From the sequence record NC_017972.1: a DNA stretch of 64,000 nt. The stretch is one strand, 5' to 3'. The notes below the pieces were generated by a model. It worked only from the letters and a program-made list of their open reading frames with translations, made no database searches and was not told the origin of the DNA. The position numbers were made by a program, and so were the translations under genes. Every line of letters begins with the position of its first letter. Position 1 is the first letter of the stretch. This document shows, one piece after another, positions 9,201-18,481 of the stretch.

Positions 9201-12200
9201 AGGTTGTGCGATTCGTCAATTGCCACGTAGGTCGGAGCAATACGGCGAATCATTTCGAGGTTTTGCGACAGACGAATCTGCGTAGAACCTACGCTGACTT
9301 TTACGGTACGGCCACCGATGAAAGTCATGGAAGTGATGAAAATGGTGTTTGGTGGAGCGGCCAGAGCAGCTTCCATCAGACGTTTTTCGCCCCAACGCTT
9401 GAGCGTACCGGCGGTAATCGGGAACGGGTTCCAGTTAGAGCCGAGGAAATACTTCATTTCATCACACCACGTCGGCACCAGACCGTTCGGGCAGATGATC
9501 AACGGAACCACTTTAGCGCCACCAGCCGCCGCCATATCCTGCATCAGGCAGGTAATGTCGATAACGCCTTGACCGGTTTTACCGCCGCCCGGAGCCACCG
9601 CAATAATTGCGAAGCTTGGCGGATTTTCTTTACGCAGATAACGCTGAATATCTTCTTGGTGCGGGAAGATTGCGCGAGCATCTTTGGTTTCCAGACCGGG
9701 AACCTTGATATCGTCGGCGCTGAAAGATTCGTCGGGTTGAATCGACTTCACTTGCGCTTCCGCTTCCGCGAAAATGGTTTCAGAATTCGGTGCGTATTTG
9801 CCGAGCATCAGGGAGAACGGCAGAACATCACGGAAAATCTGAGTGTTCGTTTGCGGGTGCAGCTGTGGAACGATATGACGCGAACCTTCCTGATCCGGCC
9901 ACGGACCGAAATCGAGGTTTACATCAGCGCCTTTTGCATCCAGCCAGTGCTCTTGCGGAACGCTGTTAATTGCGTCCAGCATTTGCTTGTAAACCTGACC
10001 GCCGAAATAGGTGAACAGTTTCGCGAAATCAGCAGTAGTCGAAGACGACGCACGGAAATAGTTCGGGTGATTTTCCAATTCGTCTTCAACTTCAATCGAA
10101 GTCGGAACGGTGTCGGCAGTTTTCAGCGAATCGTAGGTTTCTTTCCAGATGAAAGTACCTTGCTTGCCCGACGCTGCGTCAACAGCCGCAAAGAACAAAC
10201 TGTTGATAACCGATTGAGGTTCGTGCGAGAACCGTTCGATTACAGTGCCGTCTTCATTCAGGAAAGTTTTGTAACGGGTGAGGGCGTCGTGGCCTTCGGT
10301 CGGCAGTTTGGTGTAACCGAGGTTGCGCATTGCGGCTGCCAAAAGTTCCGGCAATTGCGGAACAATTTTATCACCGTAAGCGACACGCATATACGCACGT
10401 TGCAGACCAACGAAAACTGGCGCATTGGTGAATTTTGTTGCTTCGCCCAGCGAACCGTAAACCATTTCTGCTTGTGCGTAAGCAGCCATAGTGTGGTCAG
10501 GACGGTTAATGGTGAACATCGCTTGCGCAAAAGTACGCTTTACCGGACGCTCGCCTTCCTTCGCCATGTTGTAACCGAGCCAATCCGCAATTGCCAGCGA
10601 ATCAGTGCTAACGGCGCCAACTTGGTGAGTGGTGGTAACGGCGCCAGCAGTTTTACCTGCTACGGCATTCAAACCAAAGTCCCAGTCGTAACCGAGAGTA
10701 CAGCCGTTAAAACCTTCGATTTGAGCACGCAGTTTTTCCAGACGTTCCAATTCCTGCGGATCGACATGCGGCCAGAATGCAGCATACGGCGACCGCATAT
10801 AGGCAGCAACGGTCATTTCGTTGCGAGCGATAATGTCGAGGAATTCGTCCGAAATTCGTTCGTGCTCTTCGGACAGTTTACTTTTGGTCAGAGTTTCCGC
10901 GTCTGGACGAACACTCAGAGTACCGTTGCTCTGAATGAACATACCGTCAGCGTTACCCTTGGTTTTTTCAACCGAGAATCCGTTTTGCGCACGCAGCGCC
11001 GGAATCTTTTTCAGGGTAGAGGCGCTGGTGGTGTAGCGCGGAATGTTTTCGATCTTGATCGCTGCGGTGTTGTGCAGGTCGTAAGTGATCTTGGTTTTCT
11101 TCGCACGCATTACCTGCGAAATGTACACGCTAAACCATGCGTTTGCACGCGACAGGCTAACGGTTTCCGATTCGGCAGATTGCGTAACGAAATGCGCAAT
11201 ATCAGCTTCCAGCGTATAGCGAATTGCAGTGCGCAGGGTAACGTTCAGCAGTTCGGCTTCAAGCGCGATATGCTCAGGATCGTTTATCAGTTCGTTAATG
11301 CGACCGTTAATGGTGTGCGCACCGGCAGCATCATTGGTGGCGGCTTTGCGGGTTTCCCGCGCCAGTTCCTGCACTTTTCTGCTTGGCTGTTTCAGCACTT
11401 CAATTTGCAGGAATTGTTCTGCAAGCGGATTCGCCAAAACCATATCGGTAACAATGTCGCCGCCACTTGGCAGTTTAATGCCGGTGTGTTTCAGCCAGAT
11501 TGCTTCGATATCGGTAAACTTGGTGTCGATTGGAATGCCGCGATGAATCAACCGCTCGCTAACGGCAGTGGTGCCGAACAGGAAAACGTTGATTTCTTTT
11601 GCAGCTTCCAGAATAGCCAAACCTACCGGAGACTGCCAGCGACCACGACGACTATCGTTTACGAAATAGTTGTCTTTTCCACCTTCGCGCAGTTTGTGCT
11701 CAGGGTTGGTGTTTGCGTCTTCTTTACCAAAGAACGGCGCAGGCAAACCTTCTGCCGGGTCTTCACCGTCACCCATCATCACGATATCCAGACCGCCCGG
11801 ATAACGCTTAGAGCGCAGGATGGTATGGAAATCGGTTTCAGGACGGCGCGAAGCACGAACGAAGTTATCTACCTCGGTAAGGATCGATTTCGATTCGCGC
11901 TTGCCTTCAAAAATCTTGACGAAGATTTCCGAAATCAGACGTTCGCGTTGTTCCTCGTTGTAGCTCGACAGAGTGTTCGCGTAGAACATGCAGGCCCGCA
12001 TAAAGCGGAAAAACATGTTTACGTTGGACGTTACGTCGGCCAGCGATTCCAGAACAGGCAGCATGAAATCGCGGCCAGCCTTGGGGAAAAAGAACGATTC
12101 AAATTCGGCGTTACGCGATGGTTCCAGCGATACGGTACGCAGCGCTTTTACAAAGTTGGATGCGGTTTCCGACAAAGAACCTTTGCCTTCGCCGTCACCT

Positions 12201-12331
12201 TCATCGCCTTCGTCTTCCCCGTCGTCTTCATCAGAAGCCGCGAAAGCGTGATACAAATCTTCTTCCATTTCTTGTACTTGACCGCGCACGGCAGCGGCCA
12301 GCGGAGTCTCATTCCAGTTAGCACGTTTCAT
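6269..12331 (-). CDS. giant SNF2-family (SF2) helicase/ATPase, ~2020 aa
   Basis: motif I APGGGKT, Ia CPNGLVPTW, II DESH, III LTGT, V SEGHNLQ, VI QTAARVWR; start moved to 12331, giving an ATGA overlap with the upstream stop and a GAGG RBS. Confidence 0.9.
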   Translation of the reverse strand: MKRANWNETPLAAAVRGQVQEMEEDLYHAFAASDEDDGEDEGDEGDGEGKGSLSETASNFVKALRTVSLEPSRNAEFESFFFPKAGRDFMLPVLESLADVTSNVNMFFRFMRACMFYANTLSSYNEEQRERLISEIFVKIFEGKRESKSILTEVDNFVRASRRPETDFHTILRSKRYPGGLDIVMMGDGEDPAEGLPAPFFGKEDANTNPEHKLREGGKDNYFVNDSRRGRWQSPVGLAILEAAKEINVFLFGTTAVSERLIHRGIPIDTKFTDIEAIWLKHTGIKLPSGGDIVTDMVLANPLAEQFLQIEVLKQPSRKVQELARETRKAATNDAAGAHTINGRINELINDPEHIALEAELLNVTLRTAIRYTLEADIAHFVTQSAESETVSLSRANAWFSVYISQVMRAKKTKITYDLHNTAAIKIENIPRYTTSASTLKKIPALRAQNGFSVEKTKGNADGMFIQSNGTLSVRPDAETLTKSKLSEEHERISDEFLDIIARNEMTVAAYMRSPYAAFWPHVDPQELERLEKLRAQIEGFNGCTLGYDWDFGLNAVAGKTAGAVTTTHQVGAVSTDSLAIADWLGYNMAKEGERPVKRTFAQAMFTINRPDHTMAAYAQAEMVYGSLGEATKFTNAPVFVGLQRAYMRVAYGDKIVPQLPELLAAAMRNLGYTKLPTEGHDALTRYKTFLNEDGTVIERFSHEPQSVINSLFFAAVDAASGKQGTFIWKETYDSLKTADTVPTSIEVEDELENHPNYFRASSSTTADFAKLFTYFGGQVYKQMLDAINSVPQEHWLDAKGADVNLDFGPWPDQEGSRHIVPQLHPQTNTQIFRDVLPFSLMLGKYAPNSETIFAEAEAQVKSIQPDESFSADDIKVPGLETKDARAIFPHQEDIQRYLRKENPPSFAIIAVAPGGGKTGQGVIDITCLMQDMAAAGGAKVVPLIICPNGLVPTWCDEMKYFLGSNWNPFPITAGTLKRWGEKRLMEAALAAPPNTIFITSMTFIGGRTVKVSVGSTQIRLSQNLEMIRRIAPTYVAIDESHNLKNFTSARHRAVKALTTSTTVKWLRLLTGTIMPDRAKDIEGQIALKAPHVFRAGDIANINPNADAQESVVKAGDRVIGTFTPLNGKRAVDKLSNYISFIVKNKKDWAYMLPSAIESFHPVPMVDFDGVDGTTPAEIEQQRLHEELYKLVLKQTTEQIANLMIQKEKAEKAANKELDREVDRDSEDDGPAGDNKFEDNDEDFAGEHLSQKMWEKHLARFERLIIAPQYDPAFEEVFGDMGEGFVSRKASYIANLVHKHFNPDQWKRNKQYVELDLVEHNGQLYVARKYTDGEIRVKLPDSQIGLPPDENSEYWKAEPRGKLIIITRFNHSASAVYDALPPNYKDQAVKFTGDEPDKVKMFNQFKTDDKIQILIANEQGMSEGHNLQLASRMIRAEAPWGPGALNQTAARVWRPDAKGAIEAAKGTGGLTRDVVFLDWVLADNTMEVAKLARVISKTFGIARITEAANPLYQDLLNNAEVLTEKEDRRLSLSIEMLATTAGLRDEPFGDMVTNYKALNSVEAKEFAEMRAKNKAEMLVIEAAPNVAGAKEMEMRPFVPNMQVNDPHNWGLVNVEVLLRDKEFAADHVARMRTKPALTEWGTGKIVGFRLKKKGSKEISSIVVNLKNPPAGMDSRQNIPVSMCYMATNPVSPEHEAKYFDVSTDATNTEEERNNKRNIRLEKQRKAQEELEEKERKIREAQEKKDVSIIKKEKADGDKREENEKKGKPLNDGIYDTGGVIKIGGGKKLKPTDDPNMGVMQEEVEDEELEYEDEEVASISLHPAYYHGFATLEAMMETEQEVSLKEFGFKHTPAYAYITVNNKKKFHTIYEWFYDNFEVDTRFNTLFEKLNSAFETGTKNTHKLWYSLELAPVSELPAFFAVQKRMSSNRKAVRVFPIFTEEHVMLCVDIRTNPAIVKHIGKAIPGGGVKWQRSDGEWMYFGKNKTDLRSKINEVARNVTVSNKEQAIKELTEINFKYKTR

Positions 12332-12744
12332 TCGGAAGCCTCTGAGAAAATTCCACCTTGTTGGATAAGAACGGTCCACACGGAACTCGGTTTGCGTTTG
12401 TGTTCCTGTGCAATTCGCACAAGCGCACGGCAAATCGCTACGCGGACATGTGGGTCGCGTTCATCGCTGAGGGTGTCGGCGGTGTAGTGTGCGTAAAGGT
12501 TATTGTAGATTTGTTTACTGAGCTGTTGATACAGCGCCTCTACCACTTCCTCCATATCGAAGGTAGGCGGTGGCAGTTCAGGAACATAATCGGCGTAACG
12601 TTCCTCGGCCAAATCCTGAATGGTGTTACGCAGGCCTTCAACGATTGGCAAAATTGCCGAAAGTTTTTGGGCAGCGTCCGCATTGCCTTTTTTGATAATT
12701 GCCAAGACAGATTCAACACTGTCTAGCGCGGAACTATGACTCAT
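12328..12744 (-). CDS. hypothetical protein
   Basis: helical ORF; the start at 12744 gives an ATGA overlap with the upstream gene. Confidence 0.7.
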   Translation of the reverse strand: MSHSSALDSVESVLAIIKKGNADAAQKLSAILPIVEGLRNTIQDLAEERYADYVPELPPPTFDMEEVVEALYQQLSKQIYNNLYAHYTADTLSDERDPHVRVAICRALVRIAQEHKRKPSSVWTVLIQQGGIFSEASE

Positions 12745-13427
12745 TGTAAGTCTCCAATAGATGCCCGTCGCCACACGGCAAAGAGGGTTTGTTTTAGATC
12801 AGGATAATTAGGCAGCTCCACGTCGAAATACACTTCGTAGAACAACGCCAAGTTATCGCTTTTTAGTCGAGCGATACTGATTTTGTAGTCGCGCCCTAAT
12901 GCAACGGAAACCTTATCCCATTCTTTAACGTCTCGCACCTTTGACGGGTGGCGATCTTTGTAAACGGTTGTGGCTTTTCCATCCTTTATCGCTCTGCTGG
13001 CAGTAAGCTTTAGGGATTGAGGTACTTCTTTCAGCACCTTGACCGAGGCCATACGCTCCAGCAAATGATTTAAGGAAAACCGTTGCGCTTTCAATCGCGC
13101 ATTGCCGCGCACAATGAAACGTTTAGCGACATTGGTTAAACCGTCGCTTTCGATTTCGATATCAAACGTGTGCTTTTGGGGCACCAGATGGTACAAAAGG
13201 AACTTAGAATGCAAGGCATTGCTAAACTCCGTATACCTCTTATTTACAGAAAAGAAATTGCGCAGGTCGTACAGGCATTTGGTTCGGGAACCAGCCTGAG
13301 TCAGCAAAATGCGAAAGCACTCCGACAAAACCTTTTCATCAAGTTTCTTAGTCGCAGGCAATTCCGTAAAAGCTTCCCACGCTTCTTTGAAGTCGGTGTT
13401 AATGTCGGAGGGTATTTTTCGCTTCAT
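12741..13427 (-). CDS. hypothetical basic protein
   Basis: 228 aa ORF with AT-richer codon usage than its neighbours. Confidence 0.7.
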   Translation of the reverse strand: MKRKIPSDINTDFKEAWEAFTELPATKKLDEKVLSECFRILLTQAGSRTKCLYDLRNFFSVNKRYTEFSNALHSKFLLYHLVPQKHTFDIEIESDGLTNVAKRFIVRGNARLKAQRFSLNHLLERMASVKVLKEVPQSLKLTASRAIKDGKATTVYKDRHPSKVRDVKEWDKVSVALGRDYKISIARLKSDNLALFYEVYFDVELPNYPDLKQTLFAVWRRASIGDLQ

Positions 13428-13761
13428 CTTTTTTCTTCTTTGCCAGAATTAGATGCTTAGAATTCCTACTCGACGCACATTGCGCGTGGCAGTCAGCGCA
13501 AAGGGTGCGCAGGTTCGCCATTATGGATAATCCGCCCTTGGCTACCGAGCGAATATGGTCTACCTGCAAATAGGACGTGGCCGGGCAACGTGTGCATTTG
13601 TAGCCATCACGTTTCAGAACTTTTTCACGGAGCGCCATCCAATCGCCAAACGATCCGTAGGCCTGTTCTTTCGTGCGGCGTACCTTCGCGACAACCTTGG
13701 CTTTACCCGGAGAAGAAATCACACTTTTTACACGCTTGGGCGCCACACGTTTTCTTTGCAT
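13399..13761 (-). CDS. HNH endonuclease (McrA-like)
   Basis: LREKVLKRDGYKCTRC, QVDHI, NLRTLCADCH. Confidence 0.9.
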   Translation of the reverse strand: MQRKRVAPKRVKSVISSPGKAKVVAKVRRTKEQAYGSFGDWMALREKVLKRDGYKCTRCPATSYLQVDHIRSVAKGGLSIMANLRTLCADCHAQCASSRNSKHLILAKKKKDEAKNTLRH

Positions 13762-14528
13762 TACATGAGTACCTTGTTAATGCGGTCCACGGCTTTGGCG
13801 TAATCCTGAGTCAGCATTTCTGCGGCTTCACCTACAGAGTTTTTCAGCTTTTTCAGAATCTCTTCGCGCACGTCTTCGTCTGCGACGAACTTAGTCAAAG
13901 CGCCGTGCATGTGGAAATAAATGTTAGTGAATTGCTGCGCCACTTCCATATGGTATGGCTTGAGCACACTCACTTCCATCTGTTGAACTTGGGCCGTGAT
14001 ATCCCGCGATGCGCGCAGGTCGGCGATCACTTCGCGAATCTGAGAATAAATGGTGTTAAGCGCATAAACGTCTTTGTTGTAAATGCGATCTTCCATTTGC
14101 TCTTCAAGGCGCGTAGCCAGACTTACCAGCTGCTCAAAAATCCGACGTGTTTCTTCATCGAATTCATCAACAGGCGCTGGCAGTGCTGCATACTCTTCGA
14201 TTGCCTCGACAAGCATTTGCTTACCTTTCCCGGCTTTCTTGAGTGCAGCAGGCGAAGCAGGCACAAGGTCTTTGACCTCTTTCAAAACGGTGCCGTCTTT
14301 CGACTTCTTTTTCTTTTTCTTTTCGGTAGGTTCCTGTCCAACCTTGTAGGTATTATCCTCAATGGTGAACGGCTCTTTTGCTTCTACCTTTTTCTTTTTC
14401 TTTTTCAGGTTCTTGCCACGGCTACCTTCCTCGGCATCGCGGTTGCGGAACTTGCCACGCTCGTCTACACCGTCGTCATCGCCGCCACGAACGGAAATAG
14501 GTTTTACGGCAGAACTTTTCTTAGCCAT
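13761..14528 (-). CDS. hypothetical protein with Lys-rich N-terminus and helical C-terminus
   Basis: probable ATG at 14528 with a GGGG RBS (the track start lies in the terminator); TAATG coupling to the HNH gene. Confidence 0.7.
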   Translation of the reverse strand: MAKKSSAVKPISVRGGDDDGVDERGKFRNRDAEEGSRGKNLKKKKKKVEAKEPFTIEDNTYKVGQEPTEKKKKKKSKDGTVLKEVKDLVPASPAALKKAGKGKQMLVEAIEEYAALPAPVDEFDEETRRIFEQLVSLATRLEEQMEDRIYNKDVYALNTIYSQIREVIADLRASRDITAQVQQMEVSVLKPYHMEVAQQFTNIYFHMHGALTKFVADEDVREEILKKLKNSVGEAAEMLTQDYAKAVDRINKVLM

Positions 14529-14550
14529 AACTTTCCCCACCACAACAGAC

Positions 14551-14574
14551 AAAAGGGGACCGAAGCCCCCTTTT
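14551..14574 (-). terminator. intrinsic terminator, UUCG loop
   Basis: AAAAGGGG-C-TTCG-GT-CCCC-TTTT on the minus strand. Confidence 0.75.
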
Positions 14575-14588
14575 GTATATTGCGAAGC

Positions 14589-15449
14589 TTAGAAGAACAC
14601 GTAAGAACGAACGCGATCCATGAACGCTTGGAAGTAAGCAGGACGGCGAGCGAAAACGCGGCTGTAGAAAGCTTGGAAACGGTCAACGTCGGCAGCGGCA
14701 GCGGTTGCTACAACTTCGCCAGCTTCCTGCACGTCTTCTTCTTCCAGATGGTCAGCGCCAGCGATAGCAACGATCATTTCGCGGTGAACCATTTCTTTCT
14801 GACCGTTCGGACGAACAACCATGATATCCGGGGTTGGCGAACCGTCGTGATTGTCTACGGCAGCGGCAGCAAATGCCATTTGCATATCGCAGGATTGCTG
14901 CGAAACGTAGAAAATCAAATCGCCGCCCTGTACCATTGCGCGATCCTGAGCGGATTGCAGGTGCAGGTTTTTGTTGTTGAAATCGTTGTGGTCGGTCGAA
15001 GCGCAAGCCAGCAGGTTTTGCATGATTTGCAGATCGTCGGTGCCAACGGCTTTAACCATGACTTCGCCGGTTGCGGTTTTACGCAGTGCCCACAGCGATT
15101 CGGCTTCGCCATCCATCATGTACATGTTGGCGGCAACAGCTTTGAATTTGTCGCGGTTATTGTCGTTGTAAACAACGCGCTCGGAAACCACACCGACAAT
15201 ACCTTCAAACACATGCTTGGCGGCGTCGGTCGCCAGAGTCATGAAGGAACCCGGAATCGGAGTAATGCCTTTGAATTGTTGGCGAATGCCTTCAAAGACT
15301 TGCTCTTTGGTTGCGTTTGCAGAAGCGGTTGCAACGATACGCATAAAGCGATCATCAACTTCAAACGCTTCACGAATATCAACTTTGGTTACAGCGGTTT
15401 TAGCCGAAGTTACGAGGGCAGCTTGGGCTTTGGAAGCATTGAACGACAT
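14589..15449 (-). CDS. hypothetical protein, possible virion protein
   Basis: 286 aa, strongly biased codons, own terminator; no catalytic motif recognised. Confidence 0.7.
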   Translation of the reverse strand: MSFNASKAQAALVTSAKTAVTKVDIREAFEVDDRFMRIVATASANATKEQVFEGIRQQFKGITPIPGSFMTLATDAAKHVFEGIVGVVSERVVYNDNNRDKFKAVAANMYMMDGEAESLWALRKTATGEVMVKAVGTDDLQIMQNLLACASTDHNDFNNKNLHLQSAQDRAMVQGGDLIFYVSQQSCDMQMAFAAAAVDNHDGSPTPDIMVVRPNGQKEMVHREMIVAIAGADHLEEEDVQEAGEVVATAAAADVDRFQAFYSRVFARRPAYFQAFMDRVRSYVFF

Positions 15450-15476
15450 AGGAATGTCTCCAGTTGGTTATATCAG

Positions 15477-16340
15477 TTAAATTACGAATTGTTTTAATTC
15501 AGCGTTCCACAAGTGTTTGAATTCATCACGAATAACAAACACCATCTTGCCACGCGGCAGGCCGGTTGTGTCCTTTGCTTCGGGGCTATGGAACGCATCG
15601 CTGTACAACTCACATCCAATTACCGTTCCCAGTTTGGCCTGAGATAGGATATCGCTTTTAGTAATCGGGTCCAGCATGGTTGCAAACAGATCAGAACCTA
15701 GAATGCTTGACCATGCGTCCGCATGAACCAAAACGTATTTGGATTTGCAGGCAAAACCCATCACGTATGCAGGCTCGGTTTCAATAAGTTCTACGTCAAG
15801 CTGTACGCCGTGAGTCATGGCTTCGGGCAACCGTTTAAAGTATTCCGAATTCGCTATTTCTTCCTGAACTGGGGTTGTCTCAGGAACGTCGTGCTTAGCC
15901 GCATGGTGCGGAACAAAAATCACTTTGCCTTGCGTTTCAGGCGAATGATCTTTCAGGTGCGGCGGCAGAAAGGCATCTGTGTAAACGCGACAATTGGCCA
16001 GCGTGCCTACGCTGCCATCCAGCACTAAATCGTAACGGGTGATCGGATCAAGCAAATAGGCCCAGTGATTCATGCTTGCGATGCTCGCCCACGCACTATT
16101 ATGGATGAGAACATAAGCAGCTTCTGCAAGATAAGGAAGCGCTTTATCGGGGTTGTCGAAAACGTTTTCGTCTACAATCTCGCCGTGCTCCAAAGCCTCT
16201 TGCAGCCTTACGAAATACTCACAGCCTGCCTGCTGTTCATCATCCGTCGTGTATTGCTTCGTCGGATGTTTTGCGGCAGTGGCCTCAAGCAGTTGCACAA
16301 TTTTTTCACGCAATTCTTCGTTACAAGGATGCTCGCTCAT
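15477..16340 (-). CDS. protein with a tandem-duplicated ~100 aa domain (LDPIT..D.....GT...C..Y.DAF..P..KD)
   Basis: clear internal repeat at aa 41-143 and 166-269. Confidence 0.8.
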   Translation of the reverse strand: MSEHPCNEELREKIVQLLEATAAKHPTKQYTTDDEQQAGCEYFVRLQEALEHGEIVDENVFDNPDKALPYLAEAAYVLIHNSAWASIASMNHWAYLLDPITRYDLVLDGSVGTLANCRVYTDAFLPPHLKDHSPETQGKVIFVPHHAAKHDVPETTPVQEEIANSEYFKRLPEAMTHGVQLDVELIETEPAYVMGFACKSKYVLVHADAWSSILGSDLFATMLDPITKSDILSQAKLGTVIGCELYSDAFHSPEAKDTTGLPRGKMVFVIRDEFKHLWNAELKQFVI

Positions 16341-16367
16341 TTATTAAAACCCCATGTCATTTTAGTT

Positions 16368-17582
16368 TTAGAAGAAATTGCGGAAGAAACCGCCAGTAGA
16401 GCCACGGCCCGGATATCCCGGCAAACGCGTCATTGGTGTATTGGAAACACCCAATACGCCGAACGCTCGGCTGGAATCAATGAAGCCTCCGCCTGCGCCA
16501 CCATCGCCACCCAAAATGCCAGCACGACCCAGCAGTTTTTTGTATGGCTTTACCTGCGATTCAATTTGCGCATCGATACGACCCAGTGCGCTTTCGAGTG
16601 CAGGCGTGCGGTCTACGTTTAAGCTAACCGTTTGACCGCCGAAATCAAATGCTAACGAACCCTCTGCCAAGTTCTGCGAACCCAGCGCGTAAATTGCGGA
16701 ACAGGTCAACCAGCAATCAAGCAAAGCACCCTGCATATTCGTGCCGGTGAAATTCGTGATATTTGGTTGCAGACTGTTGAAGAAACTCAAGCCACGGCTC
16801 AAGTATTCCATGAGGTCGGATTGCGTGTATTCCAATTCAGGAATGATATTCGCAACTCGCGCCCGGTTAATGTAATCCTCAAGCTGGCGCGCAGCTGTAA
16901 GGATTTGCGGAGTAATCATCCACACTTTGTAGGTCAGCGTGGTTTTCGCCAGCTTGCGCGCAGGCGTATGATCAACCAGCAAAGTCAGCGGGAACATTTG
17001 CGCTTTACCTATCACGGTCGGCATATCAATAACGGTGCGCTTTGCTTGCGCTTCCACCTTGATTTGCGGATCGGTAACATCCCAATCGTTAAAGATCGTT
17101 TTGTTGTTGTAGAAAAGCGAAACGGTAAGGGAATCTCCCTCTTTTCCCGGCTTGGCTTTAATCCCATTTTTGAAGTCTGCGGGAGTCGCGGCAACAGGCG
17201 GTTTGTATTTGATCGGCACGGTCAATTGCATACGGGTATCACGCCCGCACAAAACAACCAGATCAGAGTCCCGCCCTAATGTCGCCGGTTCAACTGTGAT
17301 TTTTGTTCGCGCCTGATGGTGCCCATCCTGTCCTTGGAAAGTCCAGCGCGCAACTAAATCAACAGAGTCCCGCAAATCCATGTTGGGGATTGGCAAATCT
17401 GCCATCCATACGCCCGGCTGCGTGGCGTGGTTTTTGGCGTAGACCTCGGCAATCACGGATTTATCAACGTCAAACAATCGTACTAACGGCGCGGGGCTAT
17501 CCTCTGCCGGTAATACAGGATCGTCAAAATCGTCAAAGAATTCTTCTGTGATTGTGCATGTAGTGCCTTCGTAAACACTCAT
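16368..17582 (-). CDS. putative virion neck / head-tail adaptor protein
   Basis: beta-rich N-terminus; the C-terminal YTQSDLMEYLSRGLSFFNSLQP...AIYAL...AFDFGGQTVSL recalls adaptor proteins of large myoviruses. Confidence 0.4.
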   Translation of the reverse strand: MSVYEGTTCTITEEFFDDFDDPVLPAEDSPAPLVRLFDVDKSVIAEVYAKNHATQPGVWMADLPIPNMDLRDSVDLVARWTFQGQDGHHQARTKITVEPATLGRDSDLVVLCGRDTRMQLTVPIKYKPPVAATPADFKNGIKAKPGKEGDSLTVSLFYNNKTIFNDWDVTDPQIKVEAQAKRTVIDMPTVIGKAQMFPLTLLVDHTPARKLAKTTLTYKVWMITPQILTAARQLEDYINRARVANIIPELEYTQSDLMEYLSRGLSFFNSLQPNITNFTGTNMQGALLDCWLTCSAIYALGSQNLAEGSLAFDFGGQTVSLNVDRTPALESALGRIDAQIESQVKPYKKLLGRAGILGGDGGAGGGFIDSSRAFGVLGVSNTPMTRLPGYPGRGSTGGFFRNFF

Positions 17583-18481
17583 TAGTCAATCACCCCTTGC
17601 GCCAACTTATTCGTCAGCGTTTCGATATCATGCAAAGCGGAATCATCCAGCGGCAATAGGCTCACCAATCCAGTTTCATCCGGCCCCACTTGGTTTTGCA
17701 CGTAACGCAACAGGAATTGGCGGATATTATCCTTTGCCTCTTCCTCATACTTTTCGTAGTATTTGCTACGGCGCCGCATGGGCAGATTCGGTGCAATGTA
17801 GCGGACATAGTATTCAGTGAATTTCGGTGTCCATTCTACCTGCAACAAATCCGGCATTCGTTTCCAGAAATCCAGAACGTATTTCCAGTCGGGCATTGCG
17901 GTGTAAAACATTGCCCGAGGGATGTTCTGCCGTAGAAACTTGGTTGCCGTTAAATCTACGCCACCACTGAATTCTCGCATGGAACGAATCACGGCTTTTG
18001 TGTAGCCGCCAGCGATATCAAAAAGATAACGCTGGTCGCGTTCCATCATTTGCTGCATACGCGCTCTGGTCAGCACAACCATCGGAATGGAAATGCTAAT
18101 GAATTCGTCCGATTGTACGTCGGTCGGTCCCCAAATTGCGGTGTACCCGCGCAGCCATGCGACATGCGCAGCTTTTGCAGCTTCGTTACGCTGAGTCCGG
18201 GCAAACGTGAAAACTAGACCAGTACGGCGCACATTCGCGGGCGGCAAATCAACTAGGCCGACGCTAGTGTTTGTGTACTGGCTCCAAACGTTCACTAGGG
18301 TAAACGTCGTTTTCGTCAAGAATGCTAACGGAGTTTTTCGCAATTGTTCCTCAAGGTAATCGAGGACCATTTTGATATCGATCAGGTAACGATCAGTGTT
18401 GTAAGTGGTGATGTAGCGGTCGCCACCGTAGGGCCATGCCGAAAGACGGAAATCTAACGGCATGGGAATGTAGATTTTCAC
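17582..18481 (-). CDS. hypothetical protein
   Basis: 299 aa ORF coupled to both neighbours. Confidence 0.7.
   Translation of the reverse strand: MKIYIPMPLDFRLSAWPYGGDRYITTYNTDRYLIDIKMVLDYLEEQLRKTPLAFLTKTTFTLVNVWSQYTNTSVGLVDLPPANVRRTGLVFTFARTQRNEAAKAAHVAWLRGYTAIWGPTDVQSDEFISISIPMVVLTRARMQQMMERDQRYLFDIAGGYTKAVIRSMREFSGGVDLTATKFLRQNIPRAMFYTAMPDWKYVLDFWKRMPDLLQVEWTPKFTEYYVRYIAPNLPMRRRSKYYEKYEEEAKDNIRQFLLRYVQNQVGPDETGLVSLLPLDDSALHDIETLTNKLAQGVID

Noticed and set aside
6269-12331. P1 DarB-like methyltransferase-helicase
   Set aside because: No SAM-binding FxGxG or NPPY/DPPY motif recognised in the flanks
6734-12487. 1917 aa plus-strand ORF and other long antisense ORFs (13590-15497, 26608-27765, 28737-30311, 30416-31618, 31389-33092, 47467-49551, 49785-51494, 55601-57469) as real genes
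   Set aside because: All are in codon register with well-supported opposite-strand genes, translate to F/V/L-rich text without motifs, and are explained by TTA/CTA/TCA avoidance
13399-14528. HNH plus upstream ORF as a cos-type terminase small-subunit module
   Set aside because: No large terminase nearby and no recognisable TerS motif
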